DNA of 64,000 nucleotides from Candidatus Amesbacteria bacterium (GTDB lineage Bacteria; Patescibacteriota; Microgenomatia; CAZETR01; Amesbacteraceae): positions 13,018-77,017 of the forward strand of contig DAHWUD010000002.1 in NCBI GenBank assembly GCA_027331445.1, read 5' to 3'. This document shows positions 20,129-31,212 of the stretch, in pieces; position 1 is the stretch's first letter; the number at the start of each line of letters is the position of its first letter. The position numbers were made by a program, and so were the translations under genes. The notes below the pieces were generated by a model that made no database searches, was not told where the DNA came from, and saw only the letters and a program-made list of their open reading frames with translations.

Positions 20129-20329
20129 TCACTTTGACGTTCCTCTCATCTCTTCCAGTACCTCCATAACTCTATCCAATTCATAAGACCCAACTTCCCT
20201 ATATCTCCATTCCGGCAACGGCTGGACAAAATCCCAGATGACAGACAATATTTTATCCTCTTCAGTGGTCCCCAAAGCATCCTTTTTTCCCCGCTCACTT
20301 TCAGGAATCGGAAATCGTTTATAAATCAC
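20129..20329 (-). CDS. Hypothetical small protein
   Basis: 66 aa ORF. No motif. Low support. Confidence 0.25.
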   Translation of the reverse strand: MIYKRFPIPESERGKKDALGTTEEDKILSVIWDFVQPLPEWRYREVGSYELDRVMEVLEEMRGTSK

Positions 20330-20463
20330 TGGTCGTTCCTTAGTTATATCAATCCGGTAAATATCCTTATTCTCTATCCTGCAAGAACACCTCTAATTCC
20401 CGGCGCAGGCTCTCCGAGTTTATTTCTTCCCCTCGCCCGGCCAACTCTTGTCCGGGTACTACA

Positions 20464-20670
20464 TCAGTCATGAACCCCCCTTTTCAAATCCCCTATTTCC
20501 TTCTCCAACCCTCTAATCATGTCCCGCAGGACCATAATTTGCGTATATTTTAGTTCAGACAGTGAATTCTCGTGTCTCACCCCATGAAAGTACTTCATCT
20601 TTTCCGCCAAATCCGCCGCGTACTTCGCTCTTTTTTCTTGCAGCTCATCTAACTTTTGTTTTTTGTCCAC
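20464..20670 (-). CDS. Hypothetical small coiled-coil protein
   Basis: 68 aa, charged/helical composition. Overlaps the upstream membrane-protein ORF by 26 nt. Confidence 0.3.
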   Translation of the reverse strand: MDKKQKLDELQEKRAKYAADLAEKMKYFHGVRHENSLSELKYTQIMVLRDMIRGLEKEIGDLKRGVHD

Positions 20671-20992
20671 GTTTTCTTTCCCAGAAAATCGTCAATCCCA
20701 CCAGAATGACGCAGGTAGTCACCAGCTGCAGCTCCAAAAATGCGTGCTGCCAGCCCACATTAATAATTGACTGTACAGCCGCCAAATCCATAATTACCCA
20801 GACTACTCCCAGCACCCCGTAAATAATAATCTTTCCCCAAAAATCCACCTTCCTTTGCGAGTTCCAATACCACGCCTGCCCGGTCAGCAGCCCCACCGCC
20901 AAAATAAACGCCGCGATTTCTTCCCACATGGACACGGCTATCACCGCTGCTGCCATCCCAAAACTCCACCACGCCATCTTATTTTCATTCAT
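20645..20992 (-). CDS. Hypothetical membrane protein (3-4 predicted TM helices)
   Basis: 115 aa hydrophobic ORF directly downstream of the 16S terminator. Confidence 0.4.
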   Translation of the reverse strand: MNENKMAWWSFGMAAAVIAVSMWEEIAAFILAVGLLTGQAWYWNSQRKVDFWGKIIIYGVLGVVWVIMDLAAVQSIINVGWQHAFLELQLVTTCVILVGLTIFWERKRGQKTKVR

Positions 20993-21009
20993 ATAATTTA
21001 TTATAGCGC

Positions 21010-21036
21010 ATCAAAAAACCCGCTCGAAAGCGGGTT
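21010..21036 (-). terminator. Rho-independent terminator about 130 nt downstream of the 16S 3' end
   Basis: Plus-strand caaaaaacccgctcgaaagcgggtttc. On the minus strand this reads AAACCCGC-TTTCG-GCGGGTTTTTTG: a perfect 8 bp stem followed by a T6 run. Confidence 0.55.
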
Positions 21037-21175
21037 TCAGAAAAAGTGAGATTTGTACCCTTAGCAGTGGTAGGAAAGTAGCGACCGGCCGCGCTTTGAC
21101 GTTTGCGCGCGTCCTACTGATGTGCCGTTTTGTTGTCTGAGCAAACGGCCAAACGCTCAGGGGTCAATAACTCCT

Positions 21176-22662
<1,487 letters not shown>

Positions 22663-23025
22663 AAAGACAGGTTCAACGAACCTATCTATAATTCCTACCA
22701 CTACTAAAAGTACAAAATCTCTCACTTTTCAAAGAGCCAGAGTCCCCCATGGCGAAGCTAATTCTACTCCGGGAATCCTAATTTGGCAACCCGCAGTCTA
22801 ACACCGTTCCGCCCCGCCGGAGGCATATGCGTCCAAAAACTGCTTCAGACCACAGTTTTCCGGGCACTCTTCCCCGCCGTGTGCCTGTTTACATTCCTGC
22901 TGCGACCGCCTGACCTTCTCAATAAAACGCCCGCTCACGGCGGAGTTAACGTCCAACCCAAACCATCTCTTTTCGTCCCTGGCACAAAAAAGCGGTGATA
23001 TTCTGCTTATTTCCATGCTCGTATT

Positions 23026-23547
23026 CTAACTTAGGATCTTATATAACGCTATCCCCGTACTCACTACCACATTTAGGCTTTTATTCACCCCCCACATGGG
23101 GATCTCTACCACCGTGTCAGCCACCATAAGCGCTCCCCGGGACACCCCTTCGGTCTCATGCCCCACCACCACAGCCACAGGCAATTCCACACTCAAATCT
23201 GTCAGTTTCACCGCCCCGGGGCTTTGTTCCACAGCCACCACCGTTAATCCCGGCACCTTTGCCCGTAAATCGGCGATTGCTTCAGCGGCCGTATCCAAAT
23301 GCCTCCAGGGCACCCACTCCTCTGTTCCCACAGCCGCTTTATGAATCCGTGAGGATGGCGGCCTCTCGCTGCCCCCGCACAGAATTATCTCCCTGGCGGC
23401 AGTAGCATCCGCCAGCCGGAATATCGACCCGATGTTATACGTATCCAGCACGTTATCCAGCACTATATATATTGGTTTCCTCTCTATCCTCGTCAGCTGC
23501 TCAGGCGTCGGCAACGTTACCCGCAGCTGCTTCGCATTCAATTTCAT
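23026..23547 (-). CDS. SpoU/TrmH family RNA 2'-O-methyltransferase
   Basis: 173 aa. SPOUT motifs (IVLDNVLDTYNIGSIFR, VVVGHETEG, EIPMWG...SLNV). Confidence 0.8.
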   Translation of the reverse strand: MKLNAKQLRVTLPTPEQLTRIERKPIYIVLDNVLDTYNIGSIFRLADATAAREIILCGGSERPPSSRIHKAAVGTEEWVPWRHLDTAAEAIADLRAKVPGLTVVAVEQSPGAVKLTDLSVELPVAVVVGHETEGVSRGALMVADTVVEIPMWGVNKSLNVVVSTGIALYKILS

Positions 23548-23561
23548 GTCCCGATTTTACC

Positions 23562-24440
23562 CTATTGCCATCCGGAAGGAAGTGACGCCCAATCGTTTTG
23601 CCCGCCAAACAGCGCGTCATGCATCTGCCAGAACTTTCCTTGATCCTCAGCACAGGCTGCCACCTCGGCCGCTTTTTCCGCATTGGGGTGAATCTGCCTC
23701 AAAGGATATTGCTTGTACGCCAGCAGGTACTTCCCGCTGTAATTCTGCTCGATCTGCTTAAACGTCTGGTAAGCCTGTTCGCAAAAAGGACACTGGAAAT
23801 CCGAATATTCCACAATCACCACTTTGGCATTGCTCGGTCCCTGGGTCGGCGCGTTCCCGATAGACACCTGCTTCGGCACCGGATTAAATGCCTGCTGCGC
23901 TGCTGCCTGCTGCAGTGTCTGTGAATAGCTCTTGATATCACTGGTCGCCGTCCCCGCCAGCACCTTGTCAATAATCTCCTTAAAGGCGTCGTACGGAAAA
24001 GCCCCGCCCACGAACATCCCGTTTATGAAAAATCCCGGTGTCCCCTGCACCCCCAGGCCCTGTCCTTCTGTTTCCTGCGCCGTAATATCCGCCTCTTTAC
24101 TTCCCGAATTCACGCAGCTGTCCATTTTATTCACGTCCAAACCGATCTGCTTAGCATAAGTGTCCGCCGCGGCTTTGAAAGTAGCGTATTTGCCCGGAGC
24201 CGCACTCGCTGCTCCCGCTGCTCCCGATCCGGGTACTATCGCGCTCGTTCCGCCCTTGTTCCACAAACTCCCCATCACAAACGCCATGACTACTATTACT
24301 ATCACTAAGACCGGCCCCAATTTATCCCACATGCCTTTTTCTTTCATCGGTTGGCCGTACATCATCATCGGTGCCGCCGACGGCTGCATTTCCGGCATTT
24401 CCGCTGCCGCTTCCGCTTTCTTAGTTCGTCTTACTGCCAT
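23562..24440 (-). CDS. DsbA-family thiol:disulfide oxidoreductase (membrane-anchored, CPFC active site)
   Basis: 292 aa. N-terminal TM, thioredoxin fold with FQCPFC motif. Adjacent to trxB/trxA. Confidence 0.8.
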   Translation of the reverse strand: MAVRRTKKAEAAAEMPEMQPSAAPMMMYGQPMKEKGMWDKLGPVLVIVIVVMAFVMGSLWNKGGTSAIVPGSGAAGAASAAPGKYATFKAAADTYAKQIGLDVNKMDSCVNSGSKEADITAQETEGQGLGVQGTPGFFINGMFVGGAFPYDAFKEIIDKVLAGTATSDIKSYSQTLQQAAAQQAFNPVPKQVSIGNAPTQGPSNAKVVIVEYSDFQCPFCEQAYQTFKQIEQNYSGKYLLAYKQYPLRQIHPNAEKAAEVAACAEDQGKFWQMHDALFGGQNDWASLPSGWQ

Positions 24441-24475
24441 AGTCGAATGTTTATATCACAAACTTCACTTAACAA

Positions 24476-25396
24476 TCAATGCCCTTCTTCTGTCAGCCAC
24501 TTTTCCGCGTCCAGCGCCGCTTCACACCCGTAGCCCGCCGCCGTAATCGCCTGCCGGTAAACATGGTCATGCACATCTCCCGAGACAAACACGCCCGGAA
24601 TATTAGACATGGTTTTGTAATTCTCCCCTTCCCGCCTGGCATACCCCTTTTCATCTAGGTTTACCTTGCCGGCAAAAATTTTCGTCGCCGGGGAATGCCC
24701 GATGGCCACAAACACTCCCTCTACCTCCATCGCGGATCCGTCTTTAAATTTCACCCCCGTCACTTTATCTCCCCCCAGTACTTCCGCCACTTCCGTGTTA
24801 AATTTCACTTTTATCTTCGGATTACTCTTCACCCGGTCCTGCATAATCTGGCTGGCCCGGAAACTTTCCCGCCGGTGTACTATCATCACTTCGGACGCAA
24901 ATTTAGACAGGACCAGCGCCTCTTCCATCGCCGCATCTCCCCCGCCCACCACGATCACCCGCTTATTTTTGAAAAACGCCGCATCGCACGTCGCACATGA
25001 CGATACCCCTTTCCCGATCAGCCGCTGTTCAGAAGGCAGCCCCAGCCAGTTAAACTGAGCCCCCGTGGCAATAATTATCGACCGGCCCGTATACGCCCCG
25101 CTGGCCGTGTTTATTTTATATGGTTTCTCACTAACTTCCATTCCCGTCACATCCTCGTCTTCTATAACGACCCCGAATTTCTCCGCTTGTTTTCGCATAT
25201 CCGTCATCAGCTCCGGCCCCTGAATTCCTTCCGGAAATCCCGGGAAATTCTCCACCAATGTCGTCAACATCAGCTGCCCTCCCCAACTCGCTCCGGCCAG
25301 AAGCAATGTCTTCAGGCTCGCCCTGGAGGCATAAATTCCCGCCGTCAACCCCGCCGGCCCGCTTCCTATTATTATCACGTCGAAGATTTCATTCAT
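24476..25396 (-). CDS. trxB: Thioredoxin-disulfide reductase
   Basis: 306 aa. FAD motif GSGPAG, redox-active CATC, NADPH motif GGGDAA. Confidence 0.9.
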   Translation of the reverse strand: MNEIFDVIIIGSGPAGLTAGIYASRASLKTLLLAGASWGGQLMLTTLVENFPGFPEGIQGPELMTDMRKQAEKFGVVIEDEDVTGMEVSEKPYKINTASGAYTGRSIIIATGAQFNWLGLPSEQRLIGKGVSSCATCDAAFFKNKRVIVVGGGDAAMEEALVLSKFASEVMIVHRRESFRASQIMQDRVKSNPKIKVKFNTEVAEVLGGDKVTGVKFKDGSAMEVEGVFVAIGHSPATKIFAGKVNLDEKGYARREGENYKTMSNIPGVFVSGDVHDHVYRQAITAAGYGCEAALDAEKWLTEEGH

Positions 25397-25399
25397 GTC

Positions 25400-25717
25400 C
25401 TACACCCCGGCTTTGGCTATCAGATTCAAATACCCCTGCTTGCCGGCAAATCCCACCTGCCGGGCTATTTCTTTTCCGTCTTTAAACAACACCACCGTGG
25501 GAATGCTCATCACCCCAAACTTTCCGGCGATATCCGGCTCCGCGTCCACATCCAGCTTGGCTATGGTCACCTTGCCCGCATATTCATCCGCCAATCCGTC
25601 GATCACCGGCCCCGCCATCTTGCACGGTCCGCACCACTGCGCCCAAAAATCTACCATCACCACCCCGGATTTGGTCTTGTCGTCAAAATCCGCCTTCGTC
25701 AAATGGATTGCTGCCAT
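25400..25717 (-). CDS. trxA: Thioredoxin
   Basis: 105 aa, WCGPCK active site. Confidence 0.9.
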   Translation of the reverse strand: MAAIHLTKADFDDKTKSGVVMVDFWAQWCGPCKMAGPVIDGLADEYAGKVTIAKLDVDAEPDIAGKFGVMSIPTVVLFKDGKEIARQVGFAGKQGYLNLIAKAGV

Positions 25718-25818
25718 ACCAAAACTTTATAACACACTTTGTCCACCTCTTACAACCCCAAAAACTATCTCGCTGCCCTCCCCCTAGATTAGGAAGAGGG
25801 CAGGGTAGGAGTAACTCA

Positions 25819-26031
25819 CTACGCCGTATAAGGGTACAGATGCCCTACTACCCCGAAAAACACCAACAGCCAGCCCAAATTATTTATATATCCGTAATTA
25901 AAATACGTTTGAGCTAAAATCCCCAAACCCAAGCCCAGGGTCGTATGCACAATGGCCGTATAGTTTGGGTGTTGCTTCCAGTATTCCATAAATTTTTCTC
26001 TTTTCCCCCTGTGTCCTGTCTTACCTGCCAT
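25819..26031 (-). CDS. Hypothetical small membrane protein (start uncertain)
   Basis: A C-terminal TM segment is present. The start was chosen at an internal Met to avoid a 49 nt overlap with the upstream gene. Confidence 0.3.
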   Translation of the reverse strand: MAGKTGHRGKREKFMEYWKQHPNYTAIVHTTLGLGLGILAQTYFNYGYINNLGWLLVFFGVVGHLYPYTA

Positions 26032-26036
26032 CCTGC

Positions 26037-26579
26037 TCACCCCCTCACCGTCATCAGTATTTCCCACACTAATGCTGCCGCCCATCCCATCACCGTCAGG
26101 CTATATTCGCTTTGGCTGAATTCCCGGGCAAAAATCCAATACCATTTCTTCCAGTCCCGCTCCGCCAGCAATTCCGCCAACAGCCGTACTCCCAATCCCA
26201 ACACCACTCCCGACCCCAAAGCGCTGCCATTGCTGGTCACAATCCATATTCCCAAAATCATGACGATCGTTCCCGTCAGCACGTTTCTCACCGGCAATTG
26301 GTTCCTTTCACCCCTGGTCTCCCGTAGCAGCTTCCAGGCTTCCTTATAATTTTTCCCCGCCAACAAACCTTTCACTCTCTGACAGGTCAGTTCCTGCGGG
26401 TTGCACACCATGACATAAAAAATGTCATCCAGGTCCGCCAGCAGCCACCCGATTATCCACCCCGCCACTACCAGGATATCGTCCCCCCACCGCCAGTAAA
26501 ATATTCCCCCGACAATCAATTCCCGGGCTATTCTGGCCGCCATAATAAAACCGATGGGGATTATCTGCCACTTCTTCAC
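26037..26579 (-). CDS. Hypothetical integral membrane protein
   Basis: 180 aa with several predicted TM helices. No motif. Confidence 0.45.
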   Translation of the reverse strand: MKKWQIIPIGFIMAARIARELIVGGIFYWRWGDDILVVAGWIIGWLLADLDDIFYVMVCNPQELTCQRVKGLLAGKNYKEAWKLLRETRGERNQLPVRNVLTGTIVMILGIWIVTSNGSALGSGVVLGLGVRLLAELLAERDWKKWYWIFAREFSQSEYSLTVMGWAAALVWEILMTVRG

Positions 26580-26622
26580 TCGTTCCAGTATGACCCAAAA
26601 ATCCCCGCCTTGTCAAAAACCG

Positions 26623-26913
26623 TCATTTTTTACCGGCACTTCTTAGCTCTTTCATCTTCCACATAAACAGCGCACCTTTGCGCTCCACATTGGCATCCAG
26701 CACGTACCGCCGGCACTGCTCCAATATCGCCCGGTCAGTTTCCTTCGCCAGCTTGATGTACAAAGCTTTATGCGGCAGGTCAGCTAGCTCCGCCGCCAGC
26801 CGGTACCCATAATCCTGATACTCCCGCGTGACAAATTTATTTCTCTCTACCGGGTTTTTTTCTTCAATCAGCTGCTTTAAGGATTTCATCGGCAATTTTG
26901 TCCAGTACTCCAT
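26623..26913 (-). CDS. Hypothetical protein
   Basis: 96 aa basic ORF. Overlaps the pth stop region. Confidence 0.35.
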   Translation of the reverse strand: MEYWTKLPMKSLKQLIEEKNPVERNKFVTREYQDYGYRLAAELADLPHKALYIKLAKETDRAILEQCRRYVLDANVERKGALFMWKMKELRSAGKK

Positions 26914-27373
26914 CTAAAATTACCTTCTCCTCACCTCCGAATTTCTGCAGCACATATTCTTCACCTTCCACGGGCATTATCCGATTATCAATCCCGATTC
27001 TTATTCTCCAAAACTGCTCCGTCCCCAAAGTCTGCTCGATCGAATTAATTCCCCCGTGTACTTTTGGCCCTTTTCCCATCTGAATCTTATATTCCCCCAG
27101 CCTGATATCCAAATCGTCATGGGCCACATACAGCTCGCCTTCCCTATTTTTAATCGCCTCCCGCACCATCCGTCCTGAATCATTCATAAATATCCCCGCT
27201 GACTTCACCAGCACCCACCCCCGGCTTTCATACACCATAACCTCCTTTTGCCTTCTCCACCCGTAATCACTGGGGATTCTTTCCGTCAGCTTGTCGGCCA
27301 GCACCATCCCCGCGTTATGCCGCGTGAACGCATACTCCGGACCCGGATTTCCCAGCCCCACTACTATCTTCAT
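26864..27373 (-). CDS. pth: Peptidyl-tRNA hydrolase
   Basis: N-terminus MKIVVGLGNPGPEYAFTRHNAG (Pth signature). The start was set at this Met rather than the upstream MLYNGN. Confidence 0.85.
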   Translation of the reverse strand: MKIVVGLGNPGPEYAFTRHNAGMVLADKLTERIPSDYGWRRQKEVMVYESRGWVLVKSAGIFMNDSGRMVREAIKNREGELYVAHDDLDIRLGEYKIQMGKGPKVHGGINSIEQTLGTEQFWRIRIGIDNRIMPVEGEEYVLQKFGGEEKVILDGVLDKIADEILKAAD

Positions 27374-27401
27374 ATTGCCATTGTACAGCAATATTCCCAG
27401 G

Positions 27402-27743
27402 CTAGTGGCTGATTTTAGCTGTTATTTTATCCGCCCAGTTGGCTATCACCGGCAATTTTATGGTTTTGCCCTGGTACACCTTCACAGCTACCACCAACTG
27501 CAATATCAACCCCGCCACCCAGACAAATGGGGACAGGATCAGTAAAATCACCGTCAAAGCCATCACCCAGGAGATCACTCCCAAGGCTAGTGCCAGCAGC
27601 AATCCCTGCACGGCGTGCCATTTCACCCCTTTATCTTTCTCCACGATAAACAGCACCAATGCCGCCACCCACCCGATAAACGGCGCGTAGCACAAAGCTC
27701 CGGCAATATTTGCATCCAACCCGGTAGAAGTTTTTTCTGCCAT
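27402..27743 (-). CDS. Small membrane protein, DUF4870-like
   Basis: 113 aa. ANIAGALCYAPFIGWVAALVLFIVEKDK...HAVQ resembles the DUF4870 pattern. Two or three TM helices. Confidence 0.5.
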   Translation of the reverse strand: MAEKTSTGLDANIAGALCYAPFIGWVAALVLFIVEKDKGVKWHAVQGLLLALALGVISWVMALTVILLILSPFVWVAGLILQLVVAVKVYQGKTIKLPVIANWADKITAKISH

Positions 27744-27776
27744 CTCAAATCACCGCCCTTCTGTAACCATCATAGG

Positions 27777-29474
27777 TTACTTCTTTTGCAACTTAAATAG
27801 TCTGTTTAGTTCCTCAATCGATGTGGTATCCTCCGGCTGCTTTTCCCGGAAGCTCACCAGCCGCGGAAACCGCAATGCCCACCCCGAAGAGTGCATGGGC
27901 GATTTGGTAATCTCATCGGCCAATATCTCCACCACGATTTTCGGTTTCACCCATACATCACACGCCATCTGTTTTGTTACATCAAAATTCTCCGGTTTAT
28001 CCTGAACCTTGATTCTTGAACATTGATCCTTAATTTGTCTCCACTCTTCATCGGTCAGCCCCGTACCGATCTTAGCTACCGTCTTGTATTTATCAGTCTT
28101 TTTCTCGTACACCCCGATCAGGAAATCTCCGATCCCGAAACCCGCCCGCTTTCCCTGACCCGCGTCATATCCCATAACTACCGCGTCAATCGTATCGGAA
28201 AGCGCCGATTTATCGTAACTTTTTTTATATTTAATCCAGTTAAAATCCCGGCTGCCGGAACGGTAAACCCCGTCCAGTTTCTTCACCACCACCCCTTCCG
28301 TTCCCGCCGCCAAAGCTTGCTGGAAAAACTCTTCCAATTCTTCCTCTGATCTGACTATTCTTCTGGGCATTAATCTCACCACTTCGCCCTTTTTTACCAC
28401 TTCCTCCAGTTTTTGCCACCGCTTGCTGTTCGGCTCGTCTAAATAGCTTTTTCCGGATGCAGACAGTACATCAAATACATAATACTTGAGCGGTACTATG
28501 GCCATCATCTCCTCAATCCCGTACTTTCGTTTTCTCTGCACCGTCTCCTGAAACGGCAGATATTTACCCCGTCTGTCCACGGCGATCATCTCCCCGTCCA
28601 GAATACATACCGCCTCCACCTGTTTTTTTAACCCCTCCGTTATCTCCGGGTACATCGCCGTCACATTCTCCATCCCCCGGGAAAACAGCGTCACTTTATT
28701 TCCCTTCACGTGGCCCTGAATCCTCAGCCCGTCCAGCTTGTGCTCCGCCGCACTTTCTTTATCCCGCTCCCAGATTTCCGCCACGCTTTTAGCCCTCTCC
28801 GCCCTGGCCACCAACACCGGCGTCCCCACTTCCGGATCCACGGACAACCCCCGCACTCCTTTGTGCTTTTTTATCATCTCCGCCACTTCCCCCAAATCTG
28901 CCCGCACGTTATAAATGCCCTCAATTTCCTCCCGCAGCTTTTTATCCCCGGTCAGCATCCACGATAAGCTGTCCAGCACTGTCATATCCGAAAAACCCGT
29001 CCTCAGCTTTCCCAAAACAATTTTGACAATATATTTTGCCGATACCGGATCCGCTTCCCTGGCCAAATCACTCAATAATCTAATTTTCTTTTCCTGGCTT
29101 CCCTCCCCGCCGGCCTCCGCTATCTGAAGCAATCTCTTGTATACCTGTTCTATACCCAGTTTCCCTCCCTTGGTACCCGATTCCCGCTGCTTGATTCTTT
29201 CCGCCGTCTTTCCCAGGTCCCCTTCCGTCTTAAATATCTTTTCCGCGTCTTCACCTCCCAACAGCTTGATCGCTTTCAGCACCTGCTTGTCTGCCAATCC
29301 CGTATCCGGGTTGGCGTACGCCGGACCCAACCGCCCCGCCGACAGGTACGCCATAAGTTTTGCCTCCTCGGGCGTCGCTTCCCGCCACATCTGAGCCAAA
29401 ATCTGCGTCATTGTCAGCCGGCTGCTTGTCCCCTCCAGTTGCTGCAGGTACCGAGCGAACTCTTCAAAACTCAT
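27777..29474 (-). CDS. ATP-dependent DNA ligase (archaeal/eukaryotic Lig-type)
   Basis: 565 aa. Adenylation motif I KLDGLR (EHKLDGLRIQGH), further NTase motifs, N-terminal DNA-binding domain and C-terminal OB domain. Confidence 0.85.
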   Translation of the reverse strand: MSFEEFARYLQQLEGTSSRLTMTQILAQMWREATPEEAKLMAYLSAGRLGPAYANPDTGLADKQVLKAIKLLGGEDAEKIFKTEGDLGKTAERIKQRESGTKGGKLGIEQVYKRLLQIAEAGGEGSQEKKIRLLSDLAREADPVSAKYIVKIVLGKLRTGFSDMTVLDSLSWMLTGDKKLREEIEGIYNVRADLGEVAEMIKKHKGVRGLSVDPEVGTPVLVARAERAKSVAEIWERDKESAAEHKLDGLRIQGHVKGNKVTLFSRGMENVTAMYPEITEGLKKQVEAVCILDGEMIAVDRRGKYLPFQETVQRKRKYGIEEMMAIVPLKYYVFDVLSASGKSYLDEPNSKRWQKLEEVVKKGEVVRLMPRRIVRSEEELEEFFQQALAAGTEGVVVKKLDGVYRSGSRDFNWIKYKKSYDKSALSDTIDAVVMGYDAGQGKRAGFGIGDFLIGVYEKKTDKYKTVAKIGTGLTDEEWRQIKDQCSRIKVQDKPENFDVTKQMACDVWVKPKIVVEILADEITKSPMHSSGWALRFPRLVSFREKQPEDTTSIEELNRLFKLQKK

Positions 29475-29483
29475 AACCGCATC

Positions 29484-29675
29484 TTACACTAAACCTTTCA
29501 ACAAATAATACCCCGCGGCCACCATGCTCAAAAATACGCATCCCAAAAATATGCTCACCCACCCCCGCTCCAGTCGGGATATTTTATACAGTCCCTCCCC
29601 GACGAGCGTCATCCCAAAAAGCGCCGGGAGTGCCAGCATGATAAATACCGTCTGCGAAGCATTCCCTGCCGTCAT
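29484..29675 (-). CDS. Hypothetical small membrane protein
   Basis: 63 aa, two hydrophobic helices. Confidence 0.25.
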   Translation of the reverse strand: MTAGNASQTVFIMLALPALFGMTLVGEGLYKISRLERGWVSIFLGCVFLSMVAAGYYLLKGLV

Positions 29676-29676
29676 A

Positions 29677-30771
29677 TTACTTTTTTAGCACATATCTGGC
29701 GGCTTTAGTTGATCCTCTTTTCACTGCCACTCCCTTTTCCATCAGGTACCGCATTTCCCGCAGTATCGTATCTTCCGACACCATGGACAACAACCCCCGC
29801 GCTTCATTCATCCCTATCTCCCCGTTGGCATTGAGGTACTCCACTATTTTCATCTGCCGTTCCGACAGCGCCACCTGCTTCCCCATCCTCTTTTTAATCT
29901 TGATGTCCACCGACAGCTCCCGTATCAGCTCCTTTATCCTAGTCAACTCCACGGCCAGCGCCCGGGTAAATGTTTCCAGCCAGGGTGTAAGATCCCGGTC
30001 TACCAGGACCGGGGTCTGGTTTGATACTTCCATCAGCGACCCGAAATATTCATCCGCATGCTTGTCAAAATACTCCTCCAGGGCAAAAAATTTCTTGATG
30101 TTGTAGCCCTCCTCAAACAGCACCAGCGTGGCAAATGCCCTGGCCGTCCGCCCGTTTCCCTCCACAAACGGGTGCACCGCCGCCAGCACGTAATGTGTCA
30201 CTCCCGCCCGCAGCACCGGATGTTCCATCTTCGCTTTCTCGCCGTTCAGCCAGACCAGGAAGTCATCCACCAAAAACGGCACCTCCAGGGCCGTCGGCGG
30301 CCGGAAACCAATCTCTCCGGTAACCGAATTTTTTAGCACCACTTGTGTCTCCCGCAGCTGGCCCGCCTGCTCCCGGGGCACAATCTTATCCACCACTAAC
30401 CGGTGCATCTCCAACAATAAATCCATGGTGTACGGCCCCTCCCCCACCACCGTATCAATAAATTTCAGCACGTTCCGGTAATTGATCACTTCCTGCACGT
30501 CCCAGTCCCGGGCCACTACTCCCTCCTTTTCCGCCTGACCGACCGTCGTCACCTCTTTTTCCACTATGATTTTGGCCTCCGACAGAGTCAAGTCGTTCCC
30601 TTCAAGCGTCGTCCCGTAATGCGCCGCCTTTACCACCGCTTCATCCTGGAACTTGGCCTCCCAAGCCGGCACCAGCGGCGCATTTTCAATCACTTCTTTT
30701 GCCGCCTCCACCAATCCGATATTCTTCAAAATCTCCGTCGTGATGGTATACTTTGGAATATACATACCCAC
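29677..30771 (-). CDS. Fic family protein (Fic domain + C-terminal winged-helix)
   Basis: 364 aa. Intact Fic motif HPFVEGNGRTARA. Confidence 0.85.
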   Translation of the reverse strand: MGMYIPKYTITTEILKNIGLVEAAKEVIENAPLVPAWEAKFQDEAVVKAAHYGTTLEGNDLTLSEAKIIVEKEVTTVGQAEKEGVVARDWDVQEVINYRNVLKFIDTVVGEGPYTMDLLLEMHRLVVDKIVPREQAGQLRETQVVLKNSVTGEIGFRPPTALEVPFLVDDFLVWLNGEKAKMEHPVLRAGVTHYVLAAVHPFVEGNGRTARAFATLVLFEEGYNIKKFFALEEYFDKHADEYFGSLMEVSNQTPVLVDRDLTPWLETFTRALAVELTRIKELIRELSVDIKIKKRMGKQVALSERQMKIVEYLNANGEIGMNEARGLLSMVSEDTILREMRYLMEKGVAVKRGSTKAARYVLKK

Positions 30772-30897
30772 AGGCTATCACGCAGGCAATGTGGATTGGC
30801 GCGCTCAGAGACGCATCCAGAGTCGAGCACGACAAGACACATGCCGAGTGCAAAATTGTCTGCGTTTATTTTACGGTAAATCTGCGGGAATTACAAC

Positions 30898-31212
30898 ATG
30901 AACAAACGCTTCCACCTCCAATTAGTCACCCAAATGCTGGTCCTTTGCACCAGTGCCTTCGGCCTGGTCGCCGCCCTGGCCTGGAATACCGTCGTCCAAA
31001 CATTCATTAACGACTTTATTAAGCCCCTTATCCCCGCCGGCCAATCCGTCATTGTCTCCGAATTAATCTACGCCGTTATTATCAGCGCCCTGGTCATCTC
31101 CCTCACCATCTACCTCACCAGCATTAAAGAAAAACTGGAAGAAAAGCTCAAATCCGGTCTTCCTCCTGTTTCATCACCTCAAACACCTTCTCCGCTACGT
31201 CATCGGCGTTGA
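30898..31212 (+). CDS. Small membrane protein with an MscL-like N-terminal pattern (hypothetical)
   Basis: 104 aa. AFGLVAALAWNTVVQTFINDFIKPLI resembles the MscL TM1 region. Its 3' end overlaps the convergent nnr gene by about 65 nt. Confidence 0.35.
   Translation: MNKRFHLQLVTQMLVLCTSAFGLVAALAWNTVVQTFINDFIKPLIPAGQSVIVSELIYAVIISALVISLTIYLTSIKEKLEEKLKSGLPPVSSPQTPSPLRHRR

Noticed and set aside
22798-23016. 72 aa minus-strand ORF upstream of the 16S gene
   Set aside because: It is located in the presumed 16S leader/promoter region, has no motif and an unusual composition. It is probably non-coding.
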